The position numbers were made by a program, and so were the translations under genes. From a virus, in the IMG/VR virus record IMGVR_UViG_3300024999_000034, positions 32,001 to 96,000 of that record: a stretch of DNA of 64,000 bases; one strand, written 5' to 3'. The notes beneath the pieces are model-generated. The model was not told where the DNA came from and did no database searches. It was given only the letters and a program-made list of their open reading frames with translations. This document shows positions 22,073 through 30,433 of this stretch, one piece after another. How positions within the stretch are numbered: position 1 is the stretch's first letter; every line of letters starts with the position of its first letter.

Positions 22073-22101
22073 TTGACAATGGATATTAATTTTAGTATTA
22101 T
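22073..22101 (+). promoter_or_regulatory. sigma-A promoter
   Basis: TTGACA-17-TATTAT followed by AGTAATTACATA. Confidence 0.75.
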
Positions 22102-22137
22102 AATTAGTAATTACATAATTATTTAGGAGGTTCTAGG

Positions 22138-22320
22138 ATGCTAACAAAAAAGCAGAAAACAAAACTTGAAAAACTTGCCAAAGATGTTACCGCCTCAAAA
22201 ATTGTAAAAGGTATTGAAGTTAATAAAATGTCATCGGATCAAGTTGAAACAGCAATTAGCAATTTAACGGAGGAAGAAGAAAATTATTATACTAGTCTTG
22301 TAATTGGAGAAAATAACTAA
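22138..22320 (+). CDS. hypothetical protein
   Basis: AGGAGG RBS. Confidence 0.7.
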   Translation: MLTKKQKTKLEKLAKDVTASKIVKGIEVNKMSSDQVETAISNLTEEEENYYTSLVIGENN

Positions 22321-22340
22321 ATGTAGGAGATGGTAAAAAA

Positions 22341-22523
22341 ATGAAAAAGGGAATGTATGATTTTAATGATTTATTGCAATGTAAATTGCATCTTCGAAAA
22401 CATGGTGAAATTATTTGTAGTGGTTATATTGTGGCAAACATGTTTAATTTTTGTATGGCTGAAGGGATTAAAATTACAGTTGAGAAAATATCTGAAACGG
22501 AATACAAATTCTTAAAGAGCTAA
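22341..22523 (+). CDS. hypothetical protein
   Basis: AGGAG RBS; terminator at 22514-22538. Confidence 0.65.
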   Translation: MKKGMYDFNDLLQCKLHLRKHGEIICSGYIVANMFNFCMAEGIKITVEKISETEYKFLKS

Positions 22524-22763
22524 CAAATAGCTCTTTTTTCTTTTCTCCTACCCTTTAAAAATCCATTTTTATACTATATTTTGATTTTAAGAATCGACTT
22601 ATAGCAAGGGTTCTAGGGTTTTTACTTTTTGCAATTTTAATGAATTGTAAAATAATTATTCAAATGCCATTGACGTATTATATTAAATCATAGTACAATG
22701 AGACGAACGCTAAAATTAACTTATAATTATTATTGATATGTAATAATACAAATATAAAATAGT

Positions 22764-22792
22764 TTGACAACTTAGAGTAAAATCATTATACT
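22764..22792 (+). promoter_or_regulatory. sigma-A promoter (second candidate at 22670-22699)
   Basis: TTGACA-17-TATACT. Confidence 0.75.
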
Positions 22793-22823
22793 ATACTTAG
22801 GTACATAAATAAATTATAAGGAG

Positions 22824-23009
22824 TTGGCACGAATGGAAAACTTAAAATCTTTAGTAGGTCAACGGGTAACGCTCACCAGTATTTATGGTAGCGTATACAA
22901 TTCAACTCTAACAGAGTATGAGGATGAATTAGTCACAATCAAAAACGAAGGATTTATGGAAATTGTTTTTGCAATTGAAGAAGTTCAAAGCGTAGAAAGA
23001 AGGGTTTAA
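22824..23009 (+). CDS. small beta-barrel protein, Sm/LSm/Hfq- or YolD-like
   Basis: LVGQRVTLTSIYGSVYNSTLTEYEDELVTIK...EIVFAIEEVQSV resembles Sm1/Sm2 spacing. Confidence 0.45.
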   Translation: MARMENLKSLVGQRVTLTSIYGSVYNSTLTEYEDELVTIKNEGFMEIVFAIEEVQSVERRV

Positions 23010-23010
23010 A

Positions 23011-23481
23011 ATGATTGCTAAAATGACAGACAAAGTTAGATATAATGAGGGGATCACAACTATTCCTGAACTAGATGCTTTAGGGTTGATCGAATTTAAG
23101 CAAGAGGATAATATTTATTCTAAACGTACTGCTTCTGGTGTATGTACTAAATATTTTGCTAGTCTTAAAGATTCCGGAGGATGTTGGGAGATTTCAAAAA
23201 CTTCTTATCTGTCCAGAACAGGCCAAAAAGAAAAAATTGGAAAGGTTGAAAAACTGATTAATTCCGAAGGTTTAGAAATTACAAAAGAAGCAATTAGTAC
23301 ATATAATCGGAAAAGTTGTTCCCTCGGAGGAAATGACAATTGGAATATTGCAAATGGTTTAGGGACTAATAAGGAGAATAGATATCTAAAAAGTGTAGCG
23401 CGGTATTATGGAGTAGATAAATTAACAAAAGAAGATATTAAAAGATATATAGAAAGGGAAAAGATAGGAATACTAGTGTAA
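23011..23481 (+). CDS. hypothetical protein
   Basis: 156 aa; terminator at 23492-23516. Confidence 0.7.
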   Translation: MIAKMTDKVRYNEGITTIPELDALGLIEFKQEDNIYSKRTASGVCTKYFASLKDSGGCWEISKTSYLSRTGQKEKIGKVEKLINSEGLEITKEAISTYNRKSCSLGGNDNWNIANGLGTNKENRYLKSVARYYGVDKLTKEDIKRYIEREKIGILV

Positions 23482-23668
23482 AATAAATTACTAAGAAGCT
23501 GAATAGGCTTCTTTTTCTTTGCCTTGTTATAGTTTTACCCTAAACATATTACAACGCCTTAAAAGTGCCATTATGGGCCTTACAATCAAATATAATTACT
23601 ATTTGACGTTTGTATATTTGCTATGATATTATGTAAATAATAAAATAAATTTAAGGAGAGCTGAACTC

Positions 23669-24160
23669 ATGAAAAAATATGATTTTGTAAAAATTCTAAA
23701 CATTGGCGTTGGAAAAATTGAAAACATTTGGGACAATAAAGACGTTCAAATTAATATCTGTGATACTATGTATTATAGGGATCTTACAGAAGATAGGCAG
23801 GATATAGGTAACGTTGAACTAGCAACGGAAAAACAATACATAGAATTTATCAAATTCATGATTAAAGAACTTAACGCAAAGTCTAAAAATAAAAGGAGCG
23901 AAGCAGCAGACTATAATCGAGAAACAAACGGAGAAGCCACCAGGAGGAAAGGTAAAGTCTCAGTAATAAATGGTAATTATGCTTTTGGATTATGCGAAAA
24001 TTCAATATCTCAGCATCATAGAGGATTACTGTCCGATGCTAAAAAAGCAAAGGAGTTAAAAGACAAACTAAAAAAGGAAATAGCATGGTATAAACACAGA
24101 GATAAATTAATAAAAGAGGCTGAAAAGGAAAGAAAGAATAGAGAAAATAATGCAGGGTAA
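23669..24160 (+). CDS. hypothetical protein
   Basis: AAGGAG RBS; terminator at 24168-24195. Confidence 0.7.
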   Translation: MKKYDFVKILNIGVGKIENIWDNKDVQINICDTMYYRDLTEDRQDIGNVELATEKQYIEFIKFMIKELNAKSKNKRSEAADYNRETNGEATRRKGKVSVINGNYAFGLCENSISQHHRGLLSDAKKAKELKDKLKKEIAWYKHRDKLIKEAEKERKNRENNAG

Positions 24161-24499
24161 ACCATTTAGACTAGAAATAAAATTCTAGTCTTTTTCTATG
24201 TTCATTCAGCCGGATCAACTCATTTTCCCTTTTCAATCCTTCACATTCCCAAAACACTCCAACAGAAACGTCCCTTCTTGCCATCAGATTGCATTGCCCT
24301 TTATAATCTTGCCTAGCATCGATTTAAACGTCTCAGAATTAAAATAAGCATAATATACAATCAAATCTGGCTTATTAAGCGCAGATTAACTCCGATACAG
24401 TCATTAACTATATAATTACCAATCATTACCATACTATGAATCATATAGCATCATTAATATAAGTAATAGCATATAAATCAAAATATAATGTTTTAGGGG

Positions 24500-24528
24500 T
24501 TGACGGATTGCTGTTTAAGTATTAAAAT
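24500..24528 (+). promoter_or_regulatory. sigma-A promoter of structured leader
   Basis: TTGACG-17-TAAAAT. Confidence 0.7.
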
Positions 24529-24534
24529 AAAGAC

Positions 24535-24855
24535 AGTTAAACAATACATAAATAAAAACTTACTAGGAAGTAGTTAGTGAGTTAACCCCATAAAGTTTAC
24601 AGGTTTTCCAGTTTGACCTTTAAAAACTGAGGGATAGGACAATGGAGCAGATTGCCTACCTAAAAGCTCTTTGAAAACTGAATAAAGCGAACTAGCACCA
24701 TAAACCTTCAATACTACTTTTTGGATTGACGCTTGCGCTTATAAAAGCAAGTTGAAGGAGTGGGAAAGATGAAATACAAGCGCACGGAACGCCTTCAGCT
24801 AGTTAAATTGTCCCTTACAAAAACTTGCTCATCTTGTCTTAATTTCTGCTCTCTT
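24535..24855 (+). ncRNA. structured leader RNA with rRNA-type boxA
   Basis: Stems 24558-65/24575-82, 24609-14/24624-29, 24635-43/24651-58, 24690-96/24798-804, 24705-11/24752-58, 24732-36/24747-51; boxA-like GCTCTTTGAAAACTGAATA at 24666-24684. Confidence 0.65.
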
Positions 24856-24892
24856 AAAGTAAAAAATAAAATTAAGAAAGTGAGAAATAAAA

Positions 24893-25153
24893 ATGTCTGA
24901 AAATCAAAAAGAATCTATTTTAAAACTTGCTAAAGGTTCTTGGCAGCGTTCAATCCTCAGAGACTTATTATCTTATTCAGCCATAACAAATCCTATCAAA
25001 TCGCTTAAAGGTAACGCTAAATCTTATTCAAAACGTTATCAAGTATCATTTTTTGCGTTGCTTTTTAGAATCGAAAAAGCCGGATACACCATAACAGTCA
25101 AACCTGGCCCACTTGGTGGACAGTGGGGATCTACATACAGTTTATCAGTATAA
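24893..25153 (+). CDS. hypothetical protein, first ORF after leader
   Basis: 86 aa, basic. Confidence 0.65.
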   Translation: MSENQKESILKLAKGSWQRSILRDLLSYSAITNPIKSLKGNAKSYSKRYQVSFFALLFRIEKAGYTITVKPGPLGGQWGSTYSLSV

Positions 25154-25307
25154 AGTTAAAAATAATTATTCTAAACACTTTCAAAATAGAGAGTGGAAAT
25201 TAAGGCAAGAAAAAAGTATAATTGTAAGGGAATCAAAACTATCTTTTATCTCTTATTGCTTTTCTTGTTTTTATTTTTACCCTCTTAATTAAGAGGGGGA
25301 AAATAAA

Positions 25308-25565
25308 ATGACTAAAACAAAAATTAATCAATTATTTATTGAATCTTGTGATAAACTAATTGGAGAACTTGCTTACACAGATATGGTAAATCACAAAAAA
25401 ACATTATCTAAAGCAAAACAAAGAAATTATCAAGGAGGTTATTCACTTTCCGCAAATACTCAATACCTGCTAGAAACTAAAAAAGCGTATATAGCAGGAA
25501 CAATGAGTGAAGAGGAGTCAAAAGCTATATTCCTTCGACAAAAACTATGCGGAAACGTGCTATAA
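25308..25565 (+). CDS. hypothetical protein
   Basis: 85 aa; RBS within 18-bp palindrome 25280-25297. Confidence 0.65.
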   Translation: MTKTKINQLFIESCDKLIGELAYTDMVNHKKTLSKAKQRNYQGGYSLSANTQYLLETKKAYIAGTMSEEESKAIFLRQKLCGNVL

Positions 25566-25631
25566 CAAATTGTCTATAACAATCGTAGAGGGTAAACACA
25601 AGGACAAGGAAAGCAAAATTAAAGGGATTAA

Positions 25632-25667
25632 AAAAGACAATTCATGGTAGTTGAAGTGTCTTTTTCT
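25632..25667 (+). terminator. intrinsic terminator
   Basis: AAAAAGACA...TGTCTTTTT. Confidence 0.65.
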
Positions 25668-25747
25668 AAATTATATCATAATAATTATTAAAATATGGTA
25701 TAATTTAGAAAGGACATTTAAGTCCCTAATTTAAGGAGGTTTTTAAA

Positions 25748-26101
25748 ATGACTAACAAAAAATGGTTTTGTACTCCTGATGCTGAAACGAGAAAAGGAAT
25801 TGCTGGTTATAGATTTTACCTGTCAATGAAGAAAAATTATGAGCCGGATGTCGAACTTTCTCCTTCGCCTTGGGTTCATGCTGAAGCTTTGGAGTCTAAA
25901 AATGATTTTTTCTTTACTTCGCGTGATATTGCTTATCCAGAAATTACGAAACGATTAGGAGAAGTAGAAAGATTAATATTACATCCTTGTTATGTATGTA
26001 ATATTACTTTTGACGAAAAACTACTTTACCCTGTTGTAAATGATAATGACGAAAAAACAGGGGAACATATTTGCCATGAATGTCTAAATAATGACGACTA
26101 A
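25748..26101 (+). CDS. hypothetical protein with C-terminal Zn finger
   Basis: CYVC...ICHEC; AGGAGG RBS. Confidence 0.7.
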   Translation: MTNKKWFCTPDAETRKGIAGYRFYLSMKKNYEPDVELSPSPWVHAEALESKNDFFFTSRDIAYPEITKRLGEVERLILHPCYVCNITFDEKLLYPVVNDNDEKTGEHICHECLNNDD

Positions 26102-26203
26102 ATTAATTAACCCTTAAAATTGGTTGTAAGTGTACGCAAGTTAAACATGCTATAACAAATGCTTGCGTATAGTTGGGAATCAATTATTAAGGAGTGGTAT
26201 TAT

Positions 26204-27505
26204 ATGAAAGAAATGCTAGTAAAAACTTTCGGAATTGTGGGTTTAGTTGGTCAACTAAAATCTGGTCAAATCAACAGGGATGCTGAAATGCAAAGATCGT
26301 TTGTGTGGGGTAACAAGGAGCAAACAGACTTAATTGATTCTGTTTTTCAAGCTCTAACAACTTATATCCCTCCCTTGATTGGTGCTGAAACTGAGGTTGA
26401 AGTTGAGGTAAAAGGGAAAATCGAAAAAGTCATTGACCTTCTTGACGGAAAGCAGCGCAGTACAACCTTGGAAAAATTCTTGAATGATGAAATAAAGTTG
26501 GGCCATAACATTCGGCCTGTTGTCATTGAGAATGAAGACGATACTATTGAAACTTACATAGTTGCAGGGAAAAAATGGAGCGAATTACCGGACAGAGCAA
26601 AGCAAGTTTTCAAGAATTGTAAGATCCAAATGGTTTATTTTAAGGACATGACACAACAGGAAAGAGAATTGCAGTTCATCAAACTCCAGGGAGGGAAGAA
26701 ACTAAGTAATGCAGAAGTAAACAAGGTTCGCATTGGTGATGAAGTCAGAACATTTATCTATAAGCAATTAGCAACAGATTTATGGACTAAATTCATTAAT
26801 GTTTCTGCAAACCGCGAGGTTAAATTTGAGACAATGCAACAAGTACTAATGGTTATGACTAATTCCTTTGACTTATCCGGCAAATCATTACAAGCATTTT
26901 CAGAGGATTCTATCATGGTCGATGCTGAAACCATGGTAAAAGTTGAGAGAGTCACGGAATACCTAAATGAAGTTGTAAAATTCATTAAAAAATTCTCTTT
27001 ACCTACTGAACTTCAAAAACTTGAAGAATCAGAAGTAATCATCAAACTCGAACCTAAAGAGCTTAAAAAGTATCAGAAGCCTATAGAATATCTTAAGAAG
27101 GTTCATGTCTCAGTTATCTATAACACGGCACTCAAGGCCATTCTGAACGATATTAGCGCAAAGGATTTTGCTAAATTTGTTGCTAAATTCTTCTTTGATG
27201 TTCCTGCAAGGTATAAAAGATATACAGAATCAGATACTTCTAGTGCATCAAGTGGGAAAATTAGAATTGAGGAAATGGATAAGGCACTGGTCAATGAGTT
27301 CAAAATTGTGGCAAAGGTTACTGAAGTAAAAGTTGAAGAGGTTCAAGATGTTGAGCCAGTAATTGAGCAATGGGAACAACCTTTACAAGTTGAAAACCTC
27401 GAATCTATCATAACAGATGAACCTGAAGAGTTCGGCAATAATGAAGAAGATAAGCAAGACGCTCAATTAATTATTGATATTACAAATAATTCCAATGTTG
27501 CTTAA
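26204..27505 (+). CDS. DUF262 (GmrS-like, ParB/Srx fold) protein with acidic tail
   Basis: MQRSFVW...LIDSVF...IPPL...LLDGKQRSTTL...FIKLQGGKKLS; no HNH/DUF1524 part seen. Confidence 0.8.
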   Translation: MKEMLVKTFGIVGLVGQLKSGQINRDAEMQRSFVWGNKEQTDLIDSVFQALTTYIPPLIGAETEVEVEVKGKIEKVIDLLDGKQRSTTLEKFLNDEIKLGHNIRPVVIENEDDTIETYIVAGKKWSELPDRAKQVFKNCKIQMVYFKDMTQQERELQFIKLQGGKKLSNAEVNKVRIGDEVRTFIYKQLATDLWTKFINVSANREVKFETMQQVLMVMTNSFDLSGKSLQAFSEDSIMVDAETMVKVERVTEYLNEVVKFIKKFSLPTELQKLEESEVIIKLEPKELKKYQKPIEYLKKVHVSVIYNTALKAILNDISAKDFAKFVAKFFFDVPARYKRYTESDTSSASSGKIRIEEMDKALVNEFKIVAKVTEVKVEEVQDVEPVIEQWEQPLQVENLESIITDEPEEFGNNEEDKQDAQLIIDITNNSNVA

Positions 27506-27512
27506 TTAATCC

Positions 27513-27770
27513 TTGGTAGTTTTGAGCTTATGCGTTAAGATAATAACAAGGCTTAACGCATTGTCGGAAAAATTTAAAAGGAGCTGTATTATTATGTCTA
27601 ATAATTGTTTTGTTGCAATTGTAAGAACATACAATGATAATAGTAAAGAGTATGTTCTTACGACAAAAAATGATTATGAGAAAGAATCTAAAATTAAAGA
27701 CTTTAAAGAAGAATTGTCTTATTTTAAAACCTATATTGAGGCATGTGACTATATTTATTCTTTAAGTTAA
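27513..27770 (+). CDS. hypothetical protein (start probably about 27594)
   Basis: AAAGGAG before internal ATG. Confidence 0.55.
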   Translation: MVVLSLCVKIITRLNALSEKFKRSCIIMSNNCFVAIVRTYNDNSKEYVLTTKNDYEKESKIKDFKEELSYFKTYIEACDYIYSLS

Positions 27771-27818
27771 TTTTCCGTTTAAATCATGTCTTTATGGTAT
27801 TAAGTTTTTAGAATAAAT

Positions 27819-28076
27819 TTGAAAGTTGGAAATCAAATGAAAGAATTTAATTACTTAGGACTTACTTTTAAACCGTTGAGAACTCTAAAGGGTAAATCGT
27901 CTGATTTCTTTGCAATATCAAAAAAACTAAATGATATTAAAATTACTCCTAAAAATTGGAATCATACGGAATTTTATAAATCAGCAGAACAAAACGGAGC
28001 AGGAGAAATTGACTTATTTGAGGTAAATGGGTTAGTGGTTATTCCTTGTCAAAATTGTTTGTTTCAATATAAATAA
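27819..28076 (+). CDS. hypothetical protein
   Basis: 85 aa ORF. Confidence 0.6.
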   Translation: MKVGNQMKEFNYLGLTFKPLRTLKGKSSDFFAISKKLNDIKITPKNWNHTEFYKSAEQNGAGEIDLFEVNGLVVIPCQNCLFQYK

Positions 28077-28128
28077 CTAGTATATATGTCCTCAGAGCGT
28101 TTCAGCCATAACAAAACAGGTTGAAACG

Positions 28129-28359
28129 TTGTCGAGGGTATATAAATTAAAGGAGTCGAAACAAATGAAAAAGTGCAATATTTGCAATGACCATTTTGAC
28201 GATCAATTTATTTCTCAATTCGAGACATTAACCTACACCAAAAAAGTTCTTCAAGTTTGTTTCTATTGTAAAGAAGATGAGTCAGAATATGACGATGGCG
28301 AAGAAATGGAGTGTATCAGGCAAGGTGATTCAATTTATTATCCTTCCCACTTGCTATAA
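28129..28359 (+). CDS. small Zn-finger protein
   Basis: CNIC...VCFYC. Confidence 0.6.
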   Translation: MSRVYKLKESKQMKKCNICNDHFDDQFISQFETLTYTKKVLQVCFYCKEDESEYDDGEEMECIRQGDSIYYPSHLL

Positions 28360-28462
28360 CAAAAGCTTTAATTATTCTCTAGGTCGTGATATAATGTAAA
28401 TATAAATATTACGGCTTGGAGAGTATTTAAGACTCTTCAAAATTTAAAGAAGCGTGTTACAT

Positions 28463-30355
28463 ATGACCAAATTATTATTGAATGACCAACTAAAAGGAGT
28501 AGAACTTTATTTTGAAGGAAAGCCATCACAAACCATCATCGACAGTTTAAAAAGCAATGGTTTTCGTTATCATGGTGGAAAAGTTTGTTGGTATGCAAAA
28601 CAGTCTGAAAAAACTATGGCAGAAGCTCAAAAACACACTTTAGAGCAAGGAACAGAACAAACACAAGTTAAACCATTAACACTCGTTACACCAGTGGTTA
28701 AAGCACAAAAGGAAGTAAAAAATAATATTATTCTTCCTTTGTGGGATCTTACACAATGGTCAGATATTCAAGTTGACAACAAACAAGGCACAAAATCAAT
28801 TGCATCAGAAATGAGAAAGCATGTCAGGACTCGTTTCCCTATGTGTAAATTTTCAATCACTAGTGACTATTCCAGTGTTTCTTTCTATATTGTTGCAAGT
28901 CCTTACGATCAAGAAAGTGAATATTTAAAAGCGATAAGGTTATACTGTGATAACTTAATCAAAGCTTATCGGTATTGTACTTGTGACGATCCATACGGAG
29001 ACTATGGAAGTTCATATAATTTTTATGGTTCTCATACCTCAATTGATTACCATTACAAGCAAACTGAGCAAACAGCAGAAATAAAATCTGATATGTTAGA
29101 CTTTGATGCTAAAAAAGCATTGGAAGAAACTAAAGTAGAAGAACAAAAGGAAAAGGATTATCAATTGTATTTAGTTCAAAAAGAACTAGACAAAAAATCC
29201 TATGAAGAATCAGCTAAGAAAGAAGCCGAACAAGTTCAAACTATCAATGCTAGTATCTCTATAACAGACTTAGCAAGAGAACAGCAATACTTTGTAATTG
29301 GTTCACAGTTTGCACACTTGAACAAGAATAACACCTTAGACCAATATAAAGAGGACGTAGAAAAAGGCGAATTCTATTTACAAAATGTCAAGATTACAAA
29401 AGAAATCCATTTCCAAACTGAAGAAGCTCTATCCTACTTCTCTAACATGTTGCTTAATGATTTTGATTTTCTTGCCGAAACTGGTGGAAGTTATACAGAC
29501 GATGTTCGTATTAATTCCATGACGGATTATAACAACATGACTGAGGAAGAGCGCAAAACTGTTGTATTTAATCTTTATGGAGTCGGAATTTACTATAACA
29601 ATGAACTCAAATTCGTTGTGGACGCTCAAGGCCATTCATACGCCAGATATGTTGGGTTAATTGAAAATGTTACCATTCAAAAATCTGACAATGTAGATCA
29701 ATTAGTTAACCATGAACAAATAAAAGAATTAAAGGGAAAAGTTGAAACCCTTGAGGATTTATCAGTTGAAGCAATAACTTGTAATCCTTCTTTAGTTGGA
29801 ACATGGGACAAAGAGAATTGGAACGAATACAAAGACAGGATGAAACAGATTTTCAATAAAAACTATTTTAAATTAACCAAGTCTATCATTCAGCAAATAC
29901 CTGAAGAGTCGGAAACCTTAAAAGGTTGTATGTATAGACTGCTCAAGGAAGTTGATGGAATTCAGGAACAGTTTAGGAATGCAGACTTGAAGCAAGGCCA
30001 GAAAGTAACATTATTCTATATTACTGATTTTGGAAGCGTAGCAAATCAAATGGTAACGCTCGATAGTGTTGAGTATACTAAATACGCGCAGTATGATAAT
30101 GCAGTAAAATTGACTTGGATACCAAAAGGAAAAAGGAAACAGTATTACAATTTCTTTTACAGCACTTTGTTAGTTTATGAGGGATGGTTAGAACTTCCTC
30201 AAAGTGTTCTGCATGAAGTGAGCGAATCTAATGATTTTGTCATAACAAAAACTAAATATTTGAGCTGTGATAAAAAGCAGTATGACGAGATTTTAGACCA
30301 TTATGAAGTACAGGGACTTAAACCAGTGATAAATACCTATAAACCTACATTCTAA
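28463..30355 (+). CDS. large polyvalent protein (LPD25/LPD29-like domains)
   Basis: GVELYFEGKP...LKSNGFRY...CWYAK and RKHVRTRFPMCKFSITS...YGDYGSSYNFY patterns. Confidence 0.6.
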   Translation: MTKLLLNDQLKGVELYFEGKPSQTIIDSLKSNGFRYHGGKVCWYAKQSEKTMAEAQKHTLEQGTEQTQVKPLTLVTPVVKAQKEVKNNIILPLWDLTQWSDIQVDNKQGTKSIASEMRKHVRTRFPMCKFSITSDYSSVSFYIVASPYDQESEYLKAIRLYCDNLIKAYRYCTCDDPYGDYGSSYNFYGSHTSIDYHYKQTEQTAEIKSDMLDFDAKKALEETKVEEQKEKDYQLYLVQKELDKKSYEESAKKEAEQVQTINASISITDLAREQQYFVIGSQFAHLNKNNTLDQYKEDVEKGEFYLQNVKITKEIHFQTEEALSYFSNMLLNDFDFLAETGGSYTDDVRINSMTDYNNMTEEERKTVVFNLYGVGIYYNNELKFVVDAQGHSYARYVGLIENVTIQKSDNVDQLVNHEQIKELKGKVETLEDLSVEAITCNPSLVGTWDKENWNEYKDRMKQIFNKNYFKLTKSIIQQIPEESETLKGCMYRLLKEVDGIQEQFRNADLKQGQKVTLFYITDFGSVANQMVTLDSVEYTKYAQYDNAVKLTWIPKGKRKQYYNFFYSTLLVYEGWLELPQSVLHEVSESNDFVITKTKYLSCDKKQYDEILDHYEVQGLKPVINTYKPTF

Positions 30356-30433
30356 CGCTTATAACAGCCATTCTATGCAGTTTGTGAAGGTTCTGCCATA
30401 ACAAAAACCTTCAATACATACTAGGAGGGCAAA

